Assembly (NCBI GenBank): GCA_963798085.1
Contig: CAWCRS010000007.1
Location: 1,216,001-1,280,000, forward strand
Source of the DNA: an uncultured Gemmatimonadales bacterium
GTDB taxonomy: Bacteria; Gemmatimonadota; Gemmatimonadetes; Longimicrobiales; RSA9
Direction: 5' to 3'
DNA: 64,000 nt
Both the position numbers and the translations under genes were made by a program. Each line of letters starts with the position of its first letter. Within the stretch, counting starts at the first letter, position 1. Below the pieces are notes generated by a model. That model did not search any database, was not told the origin of the DNA, and saw only the letters and a list, made by a program, of their open reading frames with translations. This document shows, one piece after another, positions 1-11,186 of the stretch.

Positions 1-803
1 GCGAGATCATCGTCGAAGCAAACTCGCACTTCATGGACTGGGAAGTGGGCGCGCCCGCGGCGTTCAGCGGCGTGCAGCTGCGGCCCGTCGCCGGAAACGG
101 CGGACTGCTGGATGGCGACCGGGTCGAGGCGGCGATCCGCATGCCGCACCCGCTGCGCATCCGCACATCCGTGATCTGCCTGGAGAACACGCACAACGCC
201 GCGGGTGGACGCATTCTGCCGCTGGAAGCAATGCGCGGGATCCGTGCGGTGGCCGATCGGCATGGGCTGCCCATTCACCTCGATGGCGCCCGCCTGTGGA
301 ACGCGGCGGCGGCCACGGGCACGAGCGAAGCCGAATTCGCCGCACTCGCGGATACCGTCATGGTCACGCTGTCGAAGGGGCTGGGCTGTCCGGTCGGATC
401 CGTGCTCACGGGGACCAGCCCGCTCATGGTGGAAGCGCGACGGGCGCGCCGCCGCTTCGGGGGCGGACTCCGGCAGGCAGGCCTGCTGGCGGCGGCTGGA
501 CTCTACGCGCTCGAGCATCATCGCGGCCGGCTGGCGCAGGATCACGCGCGTGCCCGCCGGCTGGCGCAGCTGACGGGCGAGGTGCCCGGACTCGCGACCA
601 TTCCGCCCGAAACGAACATCGTGATGATGGAGATCCAGCGGCCGGATCTGGATTCCCCTGCGCTGATCGCCCGTCTGGCCGAAGCGGGCCTGCTGGTCAG
701 CGAGTTCACACGCAAACGCTTCCGCGCGGTCACTCACCTCGATGTGGACGACGACGCGATCGAACGCGCCGGCGCAATCCTCCGTTCCGTTCTGGGCAAC
801 TGA
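1..803 (+). CDS. ltaE: Low-specificity L-threonine aldolase (5' truncated by window edge)
   Basis: Motifs CLENTHN, HLDGARLWNA and LSKGLGCPVGS (PLP Lys). Frame is open upstream to position 3 (EIIVEANSHFMDWE). Confidence 0.9.
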   Translation, partial: EIIVEANSHFMDWEVGAPAAFSGVQLRPVAGNGGLLDGDRVEAAIRMPHPLRIRTSVICLENTHNAAGGRILPLEAMRGIRAVADRHGLPIHLDGARLWNAAAATGTSEAEFAALADTVMVTLSKGLGCPVGSVLTGTSPLMVEARRARRRFGGGLRQAGLLAAAGLYALEHHRGRLAQDHARARRLAQLTGEVPGLATIPPETNIVMMEIQRPDLDSPALIARLAEAGLLVSEFTRKRFRAVTHLDVDDDAIERAGAILRSVLGN

Positions 804-883
804 AGCCTCGCCCGCCCGACCCGCCTGCCCATGGCGGTGCCCCGGTGTGCTGCGCAGTTTTCGACGCAGCGGGCAGAAGGGCG

Positions 884-912
884 TTGCCCGAAGAATAACC
901 GAAGGGTATATT
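884..912 (+). promoter_or_regulatory. Putative sigma70 promoter of recA
   Basis: TTGCCC-N17-TATATT in an AT-richer patch upstream of recA. The spacer holds a CCGAAG direct repeat (see findings). Confidence 0.6.
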
Positions 913-958
913 TCCGCCGGAAATCCCGCGGGACGAACCCCTCTCCCCAGGTGAAGAC

Positions 959-2017
<1,059 letters not shown>

Positions 2018-2052
2018 CGCGCCTCGGAAGGGCCCTCAGGGTCGGGTATCAT

Positions 2053-2085
2053 GAAGAGCCGGCAGGCATGACCTGCCGGCTCTTC
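2053..2085 (+). terminator. 14-bp perfect hairpin after recA (probable terminator)
   Basis: GAAGAGCCGGCAGG-catga-CCTGCCGGCTCTTC, with only a weak U-tract. Confidence 0.6.
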
Positions 2086-2267
2086 GGCATCAGCGGTCCC
2101 GGCTCGGTCGAGCAGTCGACCAGCGCGTACCCATTGCCGTCGACGCGCGGGACGCCGCAAATCCGCGCGGGCAAAGCGGATTCCGTGGTGAGCGATGCGC
2201 GCCCGGCACTTCGCGGATATGGGTGCGGGGCGTATATTCTCAGGTCCGAACCCACGCAAGGCGACTC

Positions 2268-4937
2268 ATGACGGCTTCCGAGATCCGACAGAAGTTCATC
2301 GACTATTTCGCGCGCCAGGGGCACACGCCGGTGGCCAGTTCCAGCCTGGTGCCGCGCGGCGATGCCACGCTGCTCTTCACCAATGCGGGGATGGTGCAGT
2401 TCAAGCGCGTGTTCCTCGGTGAGGAAAAGCGGCCGTACTCGCGGGCCGTGACGGCACAGAAGTGCCTGCGTGTCAGCGGCAAGCACAATGATCTCGAGGA
2501 AGTCGGTGTCACATCGCGGCACCACACGTTCTTCGAGATGCTGGGCAATTTCTCATTCGGTGACTACTTCAAGCGCGACGCGATCCGTTTCGCGTGGGAG
2601 CTGTTCACCCAGGCGTATGGCCTGCCGCGCGACCGCCTGTGGGCGACCGTGCACTACTCGGATGAGGAAGCGGCCGGGTTGTGGCAGGAGATCGCGGGGC
2701 TGCCGCCCGGGCGGATCTTCAAGCTGGGCGACAAGGACAATTTCTGGCAGATGGGTGAGACCGGTCCGTGCGGCCCGTGCTCCGAGATCCACTACGATCT
2801 GCGTGCGGCGCCGGATGCGGGCACCGATGTGAGCATGGAGCAGTTCCTCGAGCTGGGGGAAACCGGGCGTTTCCTCGAGCTGTGGAATCTGGTGTTCATG
2901 CAGTACAACCGTTCGGCTGACGGCACGCTGACACCGCTGCCCGCGCCATCGATCGACACGGGTGCGGGGCTCGAGCGGGTCACGTCCGTGCTGCAGGGCG
3001 TCGACTCCAACTACAAGACCGACCTGTTCGTTGCGCTCATCGAGCGTGCGGTGGAAGTCGTGGGTGTGCCCTACGATCCGGGCGCGGGTGGTGTCTCGTA
3101 CCGCGTGCTCGCGGACCACGCGCGCGCGGTGTCGTTCCTGCTGGCGGATGGCGTGCACGCGTCCAACGACGGTCCGGGCTACGTGCTGCGTCGTGTGTTG
3201 CGCCGAGCGGTGCGACACGCGTGGCTGCTGGGCCGGCGCGAGCCCACACTGGTGCACGTCGCGGAGCGCGTCATCGAGTTGATGGGCGATGCGTATCCGG
3301 AGCTGCGCCAGCAGCGCGCGCACATCCTCGGCGCGACGCGTGATGAGGAGCAGCGCTTCCTGGATACGATCGATTCGGGAATGGCGAAGATCGCCGAGGT
3401 GGCGCCGCCGCTGAGCGTCGAACGGCGCGCGTCGATCGAGCGGGGCGAGTCGTCGCCTCCCACGATACCCGGGCGGGATGCTTTCAAGCTGCACGACACG
3501 TTCGGCTTCCCGCTGGATCTCACGGAGTTGATTGCGCGCGAGCGCGGCTACCGCGTGGACGTGCACGGTTTCGAGACGGCGCTCGAGGCCCAGCGCACGC
3601 GTTCCCGCGCGGACCGCAAGGCCGCAGGCGCCGGCATGGCGGCGGCGGGCGGGCCGCGGCTGCGCACACTGTCCCGCGCGCGGCAGAAGTTCGTCGGGTA
3701 CGACCGGCTGGAGGCGGACACGACCGTGATCGCCATGGCGAACGATGATGCGCGCGCCACGCTGGTGCTGCGCGAGAATCCGTTCTACGTGGAGAGTGGC
3801 GGACAGATCAGCGATACCGGCGAGGTGCTGGGCGACGGCTGGCGCCTGGATGTCGAGCAGGTGTTCAAGACCGATCGCGGCACTGCGGTGTCCGGTCCGG
3901 TCGAAGGGGATCTGCCGGACACGCGCAAGCCGTTCGGTGTGCGGGCGCTCGTGCCCGGTCGCGTGCGGCACGATACCGTACGCAATCACACGGCGACGCA
4001 CCTGCTGCACGCCGCACTACGCGCGGAGCTGGGCACACACGTGCAGCAGCGCGGCTCGCTGGTGGCGCCGGACCGGTTGCGCTTCGACTTCGCACACCCG
4101 CGACCCATGGCGCCGGACGAGATTCTGCGTGTCGAAGAAGCCGTGAACCAGGGCATCCTCGACGATCATCCGGTGGTGATCGAGCAGATGGCGCAGGCGG
4201 AAGCGATCGGCCGGGGCGCCATGGCGCTGTTCGGCGAGAAGTACGGCGACATTGTGCGCGTGGTAATGATCCCCGGTGTGAGCATGGAGCTGTGCGGCGG
4301 CACGCACGCGCGCCACACCGGCGAAATCGGGCTGTTCCGCATCGTCAGCGAGACGGGTGTGGCCGCGGGTGTGCGCCGTATCGAGGCGGTGACCGGCACG
4401 GAAGCGTACCGTCGTGTGCTGGAACACGATGCCTGGCTCGAGCGCGCAGCCGGCGCCTTGCGCACGACGCCGGACGCGCTCGTGCGCAAGGCGGAGCAGG
4501 TGGCGGAGGAGAATCGCGAGCTGCGGCGCCAGCTCGAGCGCGCGCGTCAGGCGGGCGCGTCAGACCAGGTCAGCGAGTTGTTAGGGCGGGCCACAGCCGT
4601 CAACGGCATGCGCGTAGTCGCTGCTGCCATCGAGGCCGGCAACACGGACGAGCTGCGCGCGCTGGGCGATCGCCTGCGCGAGCGGCTGGGCAGCGGCGCG
4701 GCCGTGCTGGCCGCCACGCGCGACGAGCGCGTTTCACTGCTGGCGGTGGTGACGGACGACCTGCCCGGCCGGGGCGTGCGCGCGGATCAGCTGCTGCGCG
4801 AAGTTGCCGCCATCACGGGAGGCTCCGGAGGCGGCAAGGCGCACATGGCGCAGGGCGGCGCCGGCGATCCGGCGAAAGTGGAGCAGGCGCTGGGCCGCGC
4901 ACCCGAGATCGTGCGCGCACTGGCGAGCGCGCATTGA
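2268..4937 (+). CDS. alaS: Alanine--tRNA ligase
   Basis: LLFTNAGMVQFK, HHTFFEMLGNFSFGDYFK, NHTATHLLH and ELCGGTH editing motifs, C-terminal GGSGGG. ATG at 2268. Confidence 0.99.
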   Translation: MTASEIRQKFIDYFARQGHTPVASSSLVPRGDATLLFTNAGMVQFKRVFLGEEKRPYSRAVTAQKCLRVSGKHNDLEEVGVTSRHHTFFEMLGNFSFGDYFKRDAIRFAWELFTQAYGLPRDRLWATVHYSDEEAAGLWQEIAGLPPGRIFKLGDKDNFWQMGETGPCGPCSEIHYDLRAAPDAGTDVSMEQFLELGETGRFLELWNLVFMQYNRSADGTLTPLPAPSIDTGAGLERVTSVLQGVDSNYKTDLFVALIERAVEVVGVPYDPGAGGVSYRVLADHARAVSFLLADGVHASNDGPGYVLRRVLRRAVRHAWLLGRREPTLVHVAERVIELMGDAYPELRQQRAHILGATRDEEQRFLDTIDSGMAKIAEVAPPLSVERRASIERGESSPPTIPGRDAFKLHDTFGFPLDLTELIARERGYRVDVHGFETALEAQRTRSRADRKAAGAGMAAAGGPRLRTLSRARQKFVGYDRLEADTTVIAMANDDARATLVLRENPFYVESGGQISDTGEVLGDGWRLDVEQVFKTDRGTAVSGPVEGDLPDTRKPFGVRALVPGRVRHDTVRNHTATHLLHAALRAELGTHVQQRGSLVAPDRLRFDFAHPRPMAPDEILRVEEAVNQGILDDHPVVIEQMAQAEAIGRGAMALFGEKYGDIVRVVMIPGVSMELCGGTHARHTGEIGLFRIVSETGVAAGVRRIEAVTGTEAYRRVLEHDAWLERAAGALRTTPDALVRKAEQVAEENRELRRQLERARQAGASDQVSELLGRATAVNGMRVVAAAIEAGNTDELRALGDRLRERLGSGAAVLAATRDERVSLLAVVTDDLPGRGVRADQLLREVAAITGGSGGGKAHMAQGGAGDPAKVEQALGRAPEIVRALASAH

Positions 4938-5257
4938 TGCCGGTGTCAGCCGCGCTGACGTTCCTGGATGCACGCGACGCGGACGTGCCTGCTGCGCTGC
5001 GCGAGGCAACGCGCGCGGCGGCCAGCGAGGCAGCCGATGCGGATGTCGTGCAGGCGCTGCTTGCAGCGGCGCGCAACAGCCTGGCGGCCACGCTCAGCAA
5101 AGGCGAGGGGCGCGCGGCGGCACTCGATCTGCTGGCCGCGGACGCGCTGCTGACGTGGGCCTGCGAAGCAGCGGCGGAAAGCGGCGTGTCGGTCGAGATC
5201 CTGAGCGAGCGGGCGGCGCGCGAGCTTGCCAGCCTGCTGCACGACACCGATGCCTGA
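4937..5257 (+). CDS. Hypothetical helical protein (106 aa)
   Basis: ATG overlaps the alaS stop (TGATG) and the end overlaps the gmhA start. Sequence MPVSAALTF...ALDLLAADALLTWACEAAAE. Confidence 0.7.
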   Translation: MPVSAALTFLDARDADVPAALREATRAAASEAADADVVQALLAAARNSLAATLSKGEGRAAALDLLAADALLTWACEAAAESGVSVEILSERAARELASLLHDTDA

Positions 5258-5834
5258 TGCCGGCGCGGTCGCGGCGCATTTCGAGGAACTGGCGGCGATC
5301 GCACGCGACACGGCGAAGGACCTGGCGCCGGCCATCGCCGACGTGACGGCGCTGGCGATCCGCACATTCGAGCAGGGCGGCAAGCTGCTGTTCTGCGGGA
5401 ACGGCGGCTCCGCGGCGGACGCGCAGCATCTGGCCACCGAATACGTGGTGCGGTTCCGCAGCGAGCGGCGGGCGTTGCCCGCCGTGGCGCTGACCACGGA
5501 CACATCGCTGCTGACGGCGGCGGCCAATGATCTGGGGTTCGAGCAGGTGTTCGCGCGCCAGGTGCGCGCACTGGCTGCGAAAGGCGACCTGCTCTTCCTG
5601 CACTCCACGTCGGGCGATTCACGCAACCTCATTGAAGCGGCGAAAGCGGCCCGCGACGCGGGTGTGACGACGGTGGCCGTGCTGGCGCGCGGCGGCGGCG
5701 CGCTGCGCCACTACGTGGATCACGCGCTGATCGTGCGCACGGACAACGGCGCGCACGCGCAGGAGCTGCACCTGGCCATCGGACATGTCATCTGCGATCA
5801 GGTCGAGCGTTGGGCAAAGGCGGAGAACTCATGA
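5250..5834 (+). CDS. gmhA: D-sedoheptulose 7-phosphate isomerase (SIS domain)
   Basis: CGNGGSAADAQH, AANDLGFEQVFARQV, STSGDS, QELHL. Confidence 0.93.
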   Translation: MPDAGAVAAHFEELAAIARDTAKDLAPAIADVTALAIRTFEQGGKLLFCGNGGSAADAQHLATEYVVRFRSERRALPAVALTTDTSLLTAAANDLGFEQVFARQVRALAAKGDLLFLHSTSGDSRNLIEAAKAARDAGVTTVAVLARGGGALRHYVDHALIVRTDNGAHAQELHLAIGHVICDQVERWAKAENS

Positions 5835-6247
5835 CGGAACGTGCGTCCACAGCGCTCATCGGGGCGCTCAACGAGGCGCGCCTCGCGGAGAAGGACCAAA
5901 CACTCCATTATCGGGCCCTGGCGGGGCAGGCGCAGCAGGCGGGCGATGGGGAGACGGCGGAGCGGCTGAACGGGCTGCTGGCGGACGAGCAGCATCACTT
6001 CTCGCGGCTGACCGCCCGCCTTGTGGAACTGGGCGCGGCCGTTCCCGACGCACCACTGACCGAGGCAAAGCCGGTGCTGGCGGGCTGGGAAGCGGAGGCG
6101 CGCACGCGGGAACTGGGCGAAATCGAGCGTTATCGCGCGCTGCTGTCACTGGCGGCGGACCCGCGCACGCGGGCCCTGCTCAGCGAGATCCTGGATGTGG
6201 AGCGGCGCCACGAGCGCACGCTCAGCGGCAAATGGATGAGTGCGTAA
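5831..6247 (+). CDS. Ferritin/rubrerythrin-like di-iron four-helix protein
   Basis: Twice-repeated E...ExxH pattern (AEK..HY / DEQHH / ELGEIERY / VERRH). ATGA overlap with gmhA. Confidence 0.75.
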   Translation: MTERASTALIGALNEARLAEKDQTLHYRALAGQAQQAGDGETAERLNGLLADEQHHFSRLTARLVELGAAVPDAPLTEAKPVLAGWEAEARTRELGEIERYRALLSLAADPRTRALLSEILDVERRHERTLSGKWMSA

Positions 6248-6320
6248 TGTCGTGTCAGGTGACAGCCGCGGCGGCGCCGGAGCGGACACGGGTGCAGGCG
6301 GAGGCGGCGCGAAAGGACCG

Positions 6321-7082
6321 ATGATCGCAATCGATCTGACGGGCAGACGGGCACTGGTAACCGGCGGTTCGCGCGGGGTGGGCCGCTCCGCGGCGCTGCT
6401 GCTCGCGGGCGCCGGCGCGGATGTGGGCATCGCGTACCAGAGCCGGCATGACGAAGCGAAGGCGGTGGTGGCGGAACTGCACGGGCACGGCGTGCGTGCC
6501 TTTGCCGAGCCCGGCGACGTGGCTGATCCGGTGGTGGCGCGCCGCCTGGTCGACCGCGCGGAGCAGGAGTTCGGCGGACTCGACATCTTCGTGGGCAACG
6601 CGGGCATTCGGCCGCCCGATGATGTGCCGGTCGCGTACATGTCCGACCAGCAGTGGCGCCGAACAGTGGCGATCAACCTCGATTCCATTTTCTACACGAC
6701 GCGCGAAGCCGCGCGTGTCATCGCGGATGGCGGCCGCATCGTGCTGGTCAGCTCGACGGCCGGGCAGCGCGGCGAAGCGTTTCACGCCGATTACGCCGCC
6801 ACCAAGGGCGCCATTATTGCCATGGTGAAGGGCATTGCGGTCGAGCTCGCGCGTCGCGACATCACCGTGAACTGCGTGGCCCCGGGCTGGATCGACACGG
6901 AGATGGCGGCACCGCCGTACGCCGATGGCGGCAAGGCCAGGATCGAAGCGGGTATCCCGCTCGGCCGTGTGGCCAGCGCCAATGACGTGGCCGGTCCCAT
7001 CCTCTTCCTCTGCAGTCCACTGGCGCGCCACATCACGGGTGAAATCCTCAACGTGAATGGTGGCTCGGTGCTGTGCGGCTGA
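6321..7082 (+). CDS. SDR family oxidoreductase (FabG-like)
   Basis: TGGSRGVG, NAGI, YAATK (YxxxK), VNCVAPG. SD-like AAGGA before ATG 6321. Confidence 0.93.
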   Translation: MIAIDLTGRRALVTGGSRGVGRSAALLLAGAGADVGIAYQSRHDEAKAVVAELHGHGVRAFAEPGDVADPVVARRLVDRAEQEFGGLDIFVGNAGIRPPDDVPVAYMSDQQWRRTVAINLDSIFYTTREAARVIADGGRIVLVSSTAGQRGEAFHADYAATKGAIIAMVKGIAVELARRDITVNCVAPGWIDTEMAAPPYADGGKARIEAGIPLGRVASANDVAGPILFLCSPLARHITGEILNVNGGSVLCG

Positions 7083-7093
7083 GTCGCCATTCC

Positions 7094-8446
7094 ATGGTCC
7101 AGGGAAATCCTCTGCAGCTGCACCCGCCCGCCGCAGTGCTGGACATCGCACGCAGGCTGGAGGCGGCGGGCTTCGAGGCGTGGGCCGTGGGTGGCGCCGT
7201 GCGCGACGCGCTCGCGGGTCACAACGGTGGTGACTGGGATCTGACGACCAGCGCGCGTCCGGAGCAGGTGCGCAGCCTCTTCCGGCGCACGGTACCGATC
7301 GGCATCGAGCATGGCACGGTCGGTGTGCTCGGGCGCGATGGTGTGCTCTACGAAGTCACCACGTTCCGTCGTGATATCGAGACCATGGGCCGGCATGCGG
7401 TGGTCGCTTTTGCCGATTCGCTCGAGGAAGATCTGGCGCGGCGGGATTTCACGTTCAACGCAGTCGCATGGAATCCGCTCCGCGGAGAACTGCGCGATCC
7501 GTGGGGCGGCGTCGGCGATCTGGAGCAGCGAACCCTGCGCACGGTGGGCGATGCGGCGGCGCGCTTCGCGGAGGATTATCTGCGCGTGCTGCGCGCGCTG
7601 CGCTTCGCCGGTCATTTCGGGATGACCATCGAGCCGGCCACGTGGGAGGCTCTCGTCGCGGCGGTACCGCACCTCGGTATCCTCTCGGCGGAACGCGTTC
7701 GCGAGGAACTGCTCAAGGTGCTGAGCAAGACGCGAGCGGCTTCGCTGACCCTGGAGTTGTACCGGCGCAGCGGCGTGCTGGCGCAGCTGCTACCCGAGCT
7801 GGCGCGCACGGTGGGCGTCGAGATCGTACCGGAACTGGACGCGTGGCAGCTCGCGACGCGTAGTGTGGACGCGCTGCCGCCGTCGCGTCTGCTGCTGCGA
7901 ATGACGGCGCTGCTGCACACCACCGGCTACGCGGCGGCGAAGACGCGCGATCTGCGCGGCGGATTCCGCTTCACGGGTCATGAGCGCATGGGTGCGGAGA
8001 AGGCGGAGCAGCTGCTGCGTCGTCTGAAAGCATCCAATGCGGACACGGAACGCGTGGTCACGCTCGTGGCGAGGCAGGCGGACCTGTTCCCGCCGGACGC
8101 GCCACCCGCCGGCATCCGCCGCTGGCTGGCACACATCACGCCCGCTTTTGTCAACGACCTGTTCCGGTTGCGCATCGCCGCGTGGCGGGCGCTGCCCGTG
8201 CCGGGCGGTGATCGCGATCTCGTACAGCGCTGGCGCAGCACACGCAGCGTACAGCGCCAGCGCCCGGCGCTCACGCTGGACGCCCTGCGGATCGACGGCA
8301 ACGATCTGCGAGCGCTCGGCCTTACGCCCGGTCCGCGTTTCGGCGAGATCCTGCGCGAACTGCTGGCGCGCGTCATCGAGGAACCGGCACTGAATCAGCG
8401 CGATGTGCTGATCGACATGGTGCGGCGCACGCAGACGGAATCATGA
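7094..8446 (+). CDS. cca: CCA tRNA nucleotidyltransferase / poly(A) polymerase family, degenerate HD domain
   Basis: VGGAVRD..DWDL, RRDFTFNA, EDYLRVLR, SAERVREE. Confidence 0.88.
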   Translation: MVQGNPLQLHPPAAVLDIARRLEAAGFEAWAVGGAVRDALAGHNGGDWDLTTSARPEQVRSLFRRTVPIGIEHGTVGVLGRDGVLYEVTTFRRDIETMGRHAVVAFADSLEEDLARRDFTFNAVAWNPLRGELRDPWGGVGDLEQRTLRTVGDAAARFAEDYLRVLRALRFAGHFGMTIEPATWEALVAAVPHLGILSAERVREELLKVLSKTRAASLTLELYRRSGVLAQLLPELARTVGVEIVPELDAWQLATRSVDALPPSRLLLRMTALLHTTGYAAAKTRDLRGGFRFTGHERMGAEKAEQLLRRLKASNADTERVVTLVARQADLFPPDAPPAGIRRWLAHITPAFVNDLFRLRIAAWRALPVPGGDRDLVQRWRSTRSVQRQRPALTLDALRIDGNDLRALGLTPGPRFGEILRELLARVIEEPALNQRDVLIDMVRRTQTES

Positions 8447-9163
8447 CCGGCCTGCTGTTCGCCGTGATTGCCGCGTTCGCGGATGTAGCGGGTGGCCTGA
8501 TCGTGCTCTCGCGGCGCCACCAGTCGGGCCGCATGCTGGATGCACTCACCGGTTTCGGCGCCGGCTTCATGCTGGCCGTGGCACTGCTCGAGAATGGCGC
8601 CGGAAGCAACGCACGTGCGGGGCGGTTTCGCCGCCATCCTGATCGGCTATCTGCTGGTGCACCTCACGCAACACGCTCTGACACCACATTTCCATTTCGG
8701 CGAAGAGACGCACGCAGAAGAAATGGTGTCGAAGGGCATCGGCAAGTGGGCGCTGGCGGGTCTGGTGCCGCACTCGTTCTTCGATGGCGTCGCCATCGGC
8801 ACGGCTTTCCTGCAGTCGCGCGATCTGGGCCTGCTGGTGTTCACCGCCATTGCGCTGCACAAGGTGCCGACCGGCATTTCGCTGGCGAGCATCATGGTAG
8901 CCAGCGGCAACTCGCGGCGTGACTCGCTGCTCGCAGTCATCGTCGTGGGTGTGGTCACAGTGGCCGGCGCCGCCATCGCGCCGCCCCTCGCCAGCTACGC
9001 AGGGTACGGGCTGGCGCTGGCGGCGGGCGTCACGATCTACGTGGCGGCGTCGAACCTCATCCCCGAATCGCAGCGCCAGCACAGCTGGCTGGTGCAGGGC
9101 GGTGTGTTCGCGGGTGTGGCGACGTTCGTGCTGGCGAAGTTGCTCATGCAGAGCGGCGCATGA
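8443..9163 (+). CDS. ZIP family metal transporter (split by a +1 frameshift at ~8593, probably sequencing error)
   Basis: [13 protein letters not shown] in one frame continues as MAPEA...[15 protein letters not shown] and LHKVP in another. Extra A in GAG(A)ATG. Confidence 0.88.
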
Positions 9164-10594
9164 AGGAGCCGGGGCTCTTCGATGATGCGGACGCGGCGGG
9201 GCTGACACGCGACAATGCCACGGCAGTGCCTGCCGTCGATCCGGCCGCGCCACTCGCCGCGCGCATGCGGCCGCAGACTCTTGACGAGTTCGTCGGACAG
9301 CAGCAGCTGCTGGCACCGGGCCGGGCGCTGCGCGAACTGATCGAGAAGGACGAACTGGGCAGCCTCATCCTCTGGGGGCCGCCGGGCACGGGCAAGACCA
9401 CGCTGGCGCGCATCATCGCGGAACGCACGCGGTCGACCTTCGTACCCTTCAGTGCGGTGACGGAGGGCGTGGCGCGCGTGCGCGAGATCATTGCCGAGGC
9501 GAAACAGCGGCTGCGCGCGACAGGGCGGCGCACGATTCTGTTCTGCGACGAAATCCATCGTTTCAACAAGGCACAGCAGGATGCCTTCCTGCCGCACGTC
9601 GAGGCCGGCACGGTGGCGCTCATCGGCGCGACCACGGAGAACCCATCCTTCGAGGTGATCGGCGCGCTGCTCAGCCGCTCGCGCGTGTTCGTGCTGCAGC
9701 CGCTCACAGCTGCGGACTGCGCACGGATCATTCAGCGCGCGCTGGCCAATGCGACGCGCGGCCTGGGCGGGCGCGGACTGGACATTACGCCGGACGCGCT
9801 CGATTTCCTGGGCACGGCCGTCGGATGGCGATGCGCGCCGCGCGCTCAATGCCGTGGAATCCGCAGCGGTGCTCGCTGCTGACACGGGTGTTATCGACGT
9901 GCAGCACGTGCGCGAAGCGCTGCAGCTGCGATTCGCGCGCTCCGACAAGGGCGGGGAAGAGCACTACAACATGCTCTCCGCCTATCACAAGTCATTGCGC
10001 GGCAGCGACCCGCAGGGCGCACTGTACTGGATGGCGAGGATGATCGAGGGCGGCGCGGACCCGCGCACGCTCCTGCGCCGGGCGCTGGCCATGGCGGCCG
10101 AAGACATCGGACTCGCGGATCCGCAGGCGCTGCAGATCGCGGTGGCGGCGAGGCAGGCTTTCGACGTACTCGGCCCGCCCGAGGGCTACCTGCCCCTCGC
10201 GGAAATGACGATCTACCTGGCTACCGCGCCCAAGTCGAATTCCTCGAAGCGGGCACTGGGCGCTGCGCTGGATGCCGCGAGAGCCACGCCCGCAGCGCCC
10301 GTACCGATGCACATTCGCAACGCACCCACGTCACTGATGAAGGAGCTCGGTTACGGAGAAGGCTACCGTTACGCACACGACGAGGCGGATGCCTTTGCGC
10401 CGCAGGAGTACCTGCCGGAAGAACTCCGTGGCGCCGCTTTCTACGAGCCCGGCACCATGGGTCAGGAAAAGCGCATTGCGGAGCGCATGCAGTACTGGCA
10501 GCAGCGCATGCGGGAAGCGGGCTCGTCCCGGGCGGACGCGCAGCCAGGCGAGGAACCAGGCGGAAACGGGAACGTCGGCGACGCTGCGCGGTAG
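9160..10594 (+). CDS. rarA: Replication-associated recombination protein RarA/MgsA (frameshift at ~9818)
   Basis: [29 protein letters not shown], then [15 protein letters not shown] and AEDIGLAD in the next frame. Confidence 0.93.
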
Positions 10595-10672
10595 CTCTAG
10601 CAGGCGGGTGGCACACTACCAAACGAGGGCCAGACGACAGCATTGTATTCGAGCAGGCACGCGGGAATCATA

Positions 10673-11137
10673 GTGCGCCGCCGCGCGGGTGGCGTATTGC
10701 TGGCGCTGGTGGCGGGTTGTGCGCTGGTGCGCTTCGAGCAGCCGGATGTCCGGCTGGACGGCGTCCGGCTGAGCAGCATCAGCCTGCGCGGCGGCACGCT
10801 GAACGCGCAGCTCATGGTGAGCAATCCGAATCGCTTCGCGCTGCGCTCGACGGCCCTCGATCTGGCACTGGATCTGGGCGACTCGACGGTGTCGGCCACC
10901 GGCTGGACACCCGTCGCCAACGCCACACTGGAGCGCGAACTGAATGTTGGGGCACACGACAGCACCGTAGTCAATGTGCCGGTGGATTTCACCTATCAGG
11001 GCGTAGGCAGTGTGATCCATTCGCTGATCGCGAAGGGCACGTTCGACTACCGCATCACCGGTTCACTGCGCGTCACACAGCCGCTGAGCAAGAGTGTCCC
11101 GTTCCGCCACACCGGCCGCATTTCCCTCAACCGATGA
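10673..11137 (+). CDS. LEA_2/WHy domain lipoprotein
   Basis: Lipobox-like LVAGC, LMVSNPNRFAL motif, beta-rich body. GTG start inferred. Confidence 0.8.
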   Translation: MRRRAGGVLLALVAGCALVRFEQPDVRLDGVRLSSISLRGGTLNAQLMVSNPNRFALRSTALDLALDLGDSTVSATGWTPVANATLERELNVGAHDSTVVNVPVDFTYQGVGSVIHSLIAKGTFDYRITGSLRVTQPLSKSVPFRHTGRISLNR

Positions 11138-11186
11138 ACATGATTCGCTCGCCCGCGCATTCTGCAGCGACAAGCATGAGAGGCGC

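Noticed and set aside
2018..2267. recX or a T-box between recA and alaS
   Set aside because: No RecX-like ORF and no T-box consensus; only a hairpin and a TATATT -10-like hexamer at 2233.
8443..10594. ZIP transporter and rarA as pseudogenes or programmed frameshifts
   Set aside because: Single 1-nt insertions with otherwise intact motifs and no slippery sequence. The same error type recurs in dnaJ and cinA.
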